64,000 bases of DNA from Octopus vulgaris. Its lineage: Eukaryota. Under the pieces are notes generated by a model that did no database searches, was not told where the DNA came from, and was given only the letters and a program-made list of their open reading frames with translations. Below are positions 60,376 to 64,000 of the stretch, piece after piece. The DNA is taken from assembly GCA_951406725.2 (NCBI GenBank), contig OX597815.1, forward strand, positions 171,802,001 to 171,866,000, read 5' to 3'. Position numbers and translations under genes: made by a program. How positions within the stretch are numbered: position 1 is the stretch's first letter; every line of letters begins with the position of its first letter.

Positions 60376-60912
60376 GGTGGCTGCCCCCTCGTTATCGAGT
60401 ATAGTCATTGCACGAAGCTTAATCAATGTTGTTATCGTGCAATGCCTGTGCAAGAAGATTATTTTTAAAGTGAGGAAAGGCTGTGCACTGAGTCAATCCC
60501 ACTCACTAAGCAACAGTAGCCATAATCCAAAAAGAAGAACAAGTCAACATCATCAGTAACCACTGAGCCGCAAGTTTTATGTCGGAGTTATCCCAGTTAC
60601 CTGAGTTACCTTCTCCTAGAAGGATGCCCTAACAAAGGCTAGGAGTCCTTCACTCCCAAAGGTTTAACCACGCGATCGGGTATTCAGTCCGATTATTTCT
60701 ATATCCCTGCGCATTTATTGGATGGCCGTTGACTCTCAAGAGTTCCTCTGCCCTTTGACAGGTTTTGTTTTTCATCCCGCAGGGTGTCCAATAAACACCC
60801 TCCTCACCTAGCAAGCTTGGTGGGGTTGCCAGTTTAGTTGCCGACGACCCAACCATGCAACAGGTTGTACTGGGTTACAAGTTACCAGTAGCACTCGAAA
60901 GTGACCTGACAT
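60376..60912 (-). mobile_element. About 540-bp non-coding retroposon-like insertion within a (TACA)n array
   Basis: Unique, CpG-retaining block bounded on both sides by (TACA)n; contains an RTE-5'UTR-like motif ggcatccttctaggagaaggtaactc. Confidence 0.55.
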
Positions 60913-61070
60913 AATACATACATACATACATACATACATACATACATACATACATACATACATACATACATACATACATACGTACAATTTACAATGTCAG
61001 CCACAAAAAAGACTATCTTGAAATAAACTTAGAAAATCCCTCTGTTAAAATGATGATGATGATGATGATG

Positions 61071-61477
61071 ATGGAATACATTAATAAACACCAACTCAAG
61101 GAATACTGGTGGAATATTCCCATCAAAACTTCTGTCAAATGTAAACCTAACAGGCTGGATATTGTTGTCTGAGACAGAGGGGCAAAGGTATATATCCTCA
61201 TAGAGGTCAGATGCCCTGCAGATATCTCTTTGAAAATAAAAGAAAAAGAGGATATCTATGGACAACTGCTTTGAAACCTCCAGCGTCTATATCCAGACTA
61301 TGAGTTCATATTCATACCAAAAATAATTGAGTACTTGTTAGTAAATGCTTAAAGGAGAATCTTGATAAACTGGGATTTTCAGAAAGTGAAATCGACCGGC
61401 TAATTTGTACATTACAAGTACAATCTGTGAGTGAAGCAGTAAAAATATGCAAGACTTTTCTCGAGTTCCAAATGTGA
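61071..61477 (+). mobile_element. Restriction-like endonuclease domain remnant of an R4/Dong-type non-LTR retrotransposon
   Basis: EYWWNIPIKTSVKCKPNRLDIVV*D..K..ILIEVRCPAD...KEKEDIYGQL...IFIP, ending LQVQSV...KICKTFL; decayed PD-(D/E)xK-type pattern with stops. Confidence 0.72.
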
Positions 61478-61599
61478 ATTTGTCTCTGTTAACTACATCC
61501 CAAAGATAAAGCCTTGTACCTTTTTTGGTAACTAGCTCACTCCCCGGTGGAAGATTTATAATAATTAAAAAATAGAAGACATATATACATATATACATA

Positions 61600-62003
61600 G
61601 GCGCAGGAGTGGCTGTGTGGTAAGTAGCTTGCTAACCAACCACATGGTTCCAGGTTCAGTCCCACTGTGTGGCATCTTGGGCAAGTGTCTTCTGCTATAG
61701 CCTCGGGCCGACCAAAGCCTTGTGAGTGGATTTGGTAGACGGAAACTGAAAGAAGCCTGTCGTATATATGTATATATATGCATGTGTGTGTATATGTTTG
61801 TGTGTGTGTGTTTATCCCCTAGCATTGCTTGACAACCGATGCTGGTGTATTTACGTCCCCGTTACTTAGCGGTTCGGCAAAAGAGACTGATAGAATAAGT
61901 ACTGGGCTTACAAAGAATAAGTCTCGGGGTCGATTTGCTCAACTAAAGGCGGTGCTCCAGCATGGCTGCAGTCAAATGACTGAAACATGTAAAAGAGTAA
62001 AAA
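61600..62003 (+). mobile_element. SINE family A, full length
   Basis: Family A consensus. Confidence 0.88.
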
Positions 62004-62954
62004 GTATATATGTGCTTTCCTTAGCATCAGTAGTATCATTTAATGTCCATCTTCCATGCCAGCATAGGTTGGACAGTTTGACAGGAGCTGGCAAGCTAGA
62101 GAGCTGCACCTGGCTCCACTGTCTGCCTTGGTATGATTTTTACAGCTAGATACCCTTCCTAATGCCAATCACTTTATAAAGTGCACTAGGTGCTTTTTAC
62201 GTGGTACCAGCACCAGTGCTTTTTACTTGGCACCAATACCAGCAGGATTGCCATGTAATTTGCAAGACGAAGAGCTCTCAACTGGGAGAGGGAGTGGAAC
62301 TGAGGGAGGTGGCTTTGTGACAGTTGAGAGGTTCAAGTATGATAGAAAAATAGAGATTGATGTCTTACTATAGATGATGTACTTGGCTACCCCAGCAGGA
62401 AAAGAAAGATGAGGAAGGAGGGATAGAGAGACAGTCAAAGTGAGTGAGAGGGAGAGAGAAATAGGTGGTGGAAATGAGATGGAGCGGGGTTATAATATAT
62501 ATATATATACACACACACAAGAGTGGGTGCTGAAAAGTTCCTGGCTTTGAATAAAAGAAAATACAGGAGGATCAGTTAATTGTGATTCCATAAAACATAT
62601 TCCCCTCTCAGATTCACACACTTATTGCGGTGGTCCTTCAGTTTTTCTAAGCCCTGTAAAAGAACTTGGAAGGTTGGGTCTCCAACCAGGCCTTTTGCAA
62701 TGCCCTTAAAGCCAAGAACTTTTCAGCACCCCTTCATATATAGAAACATATATATATATATCTTCATCATCATTATCATCATTTAATGTCCATCTTCCAT
62801 GCATGCAAGCATGTGTAAGACGGTTGACAGGAGCCAGCCAGGTAGAAAAACTACCCTAGGCTACTGTTTCAACTTTAGTAGGGATTTTTACGGCTGGATG
62901 CCCTTCCTAACACCAACCGCTCCACAATATATATATATATATATATTTTCTGTC

Positions 62955-63177
62955 TTTTATTCTTTTATTTTGCTACAGTCATTTGACTGCAGCCATGCTG
63001 GAGCACCACCTTTAGTCGACCAACTCAACACCAGGACTTATTTTTTGTAAGCCTAGTACTTATTCTATCACTCTCTCTTGCCAAACTGCTAAGTGACGGG
63101 GACGTAAACACAACACCATTGGTTGTCAAGCGACGTTTGGGGGGGGGACAAACACAGACACACAAACATAAACATAC

Positions 63178-63219
<42 letters not shown>

Positions 63220-63345
63220 GACAGGCTTCTTTCAGTTTCCGTCTACAAATTCCCTCACAAGGCTTTGGTCGGCCCGAGGCTATAGTAGAAGACACTTGCC
63301 AAAGGTGCCACGCAGTGGGACTGAACCCAGTTGGTAAGCAAGCTA
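62955..63345 (-). mobile_element. SINE family A, nearly full length
   Basis: Reverse complement of family A. Confidence 0.85.
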
Positions 63346-64000
63346 CTATATACACACACACACACACACGTTAGAGCAGAACTATAACTCTTTTCAAGCT
63401 CTTCATAATAACTATATCAATTTCCCTTCCATCTCATCTAAAAGTTCTTTCAAATGACTTATGTATGATTAATACTTCACCTTCCTGGAATTAACAGCAA
63501 AAATATTACATAATTATATTAGAAATATATGCCCTCAGTCTATATACTATAAACATCATAACTACAATCTTTATACTATAGGCTTATAGTTTATTTATAT
63601 TACTTATAATAAGGCATGGTATTTATAATAATTATGAGGTTATGGTATGTGATAGAGGTTATGACAGTAATGGTAATAATGGTTTCAAATTTTGGCACAA
63701 GGCCAGCAATTATGGAGAAGGGTAAGTTGATTACATCAACTCTAGTACTCAACTGGCAAAGTTGACTTCAGTGGAATTTCAACTCAGAATGTAGAGACTA
63801 ATGAAATACTGCTAAGCATGTTGTCTGGTGTGTTAACAACAATTCTTGCTCACGATCTTATTCTGCCGACAATAATGATATAACCTAACATGGGCACAAA
63901 ATCAGAAATTTTACCAAAGGGAAAATTTGATTAAATTAACCTTGGTACTTAACTGGGACTTTATTTAATTGACTCTAGAGGATGAAACACAAAGTTGACT

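Overview
Eukaryotic, AT-rich, repeat-dense genomic DNA. The SINE/RTE/microsatellite repertoire is typical of octopus (coleoid cephalopod); this is an inference from repeat families. The one host gene is a 7-coding-exon monocarboxylate transporter (MFS, SLC16/MCT, MCT12-like) on the + strand: join(9335-9485,12255-12371,20518-20661,27757-28018,29549-30073,34823-35061,37366-37517), 1590 nt, 529 aa, with all introns GT-AG and phases consistent. The rest is intron or intergenic DNA filled with tRNA-derived SINEs, RTE, CR1 and Dong/R4-type LINE remnants, mariner, piggyBac-like, hAT-like and Helitron-like elements, microsatellites, a decayed tRNA-Arg, and several long fold-back palindromes. Most listed ORFs are repeat artefacts. 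I see no convincing new multi-gene system. The best leads are unusual charged residues in the transporter helices, a 104-bp templated insertion inside a mariner, an old duplication whose copies show reciprocal empty and filled TE sites, nested inverted duplications, microsatellite-targeting non-coding retroposons, and inverted repeats bracketing exons. Repeat boundaries were read by eye and may be off by a few bases.
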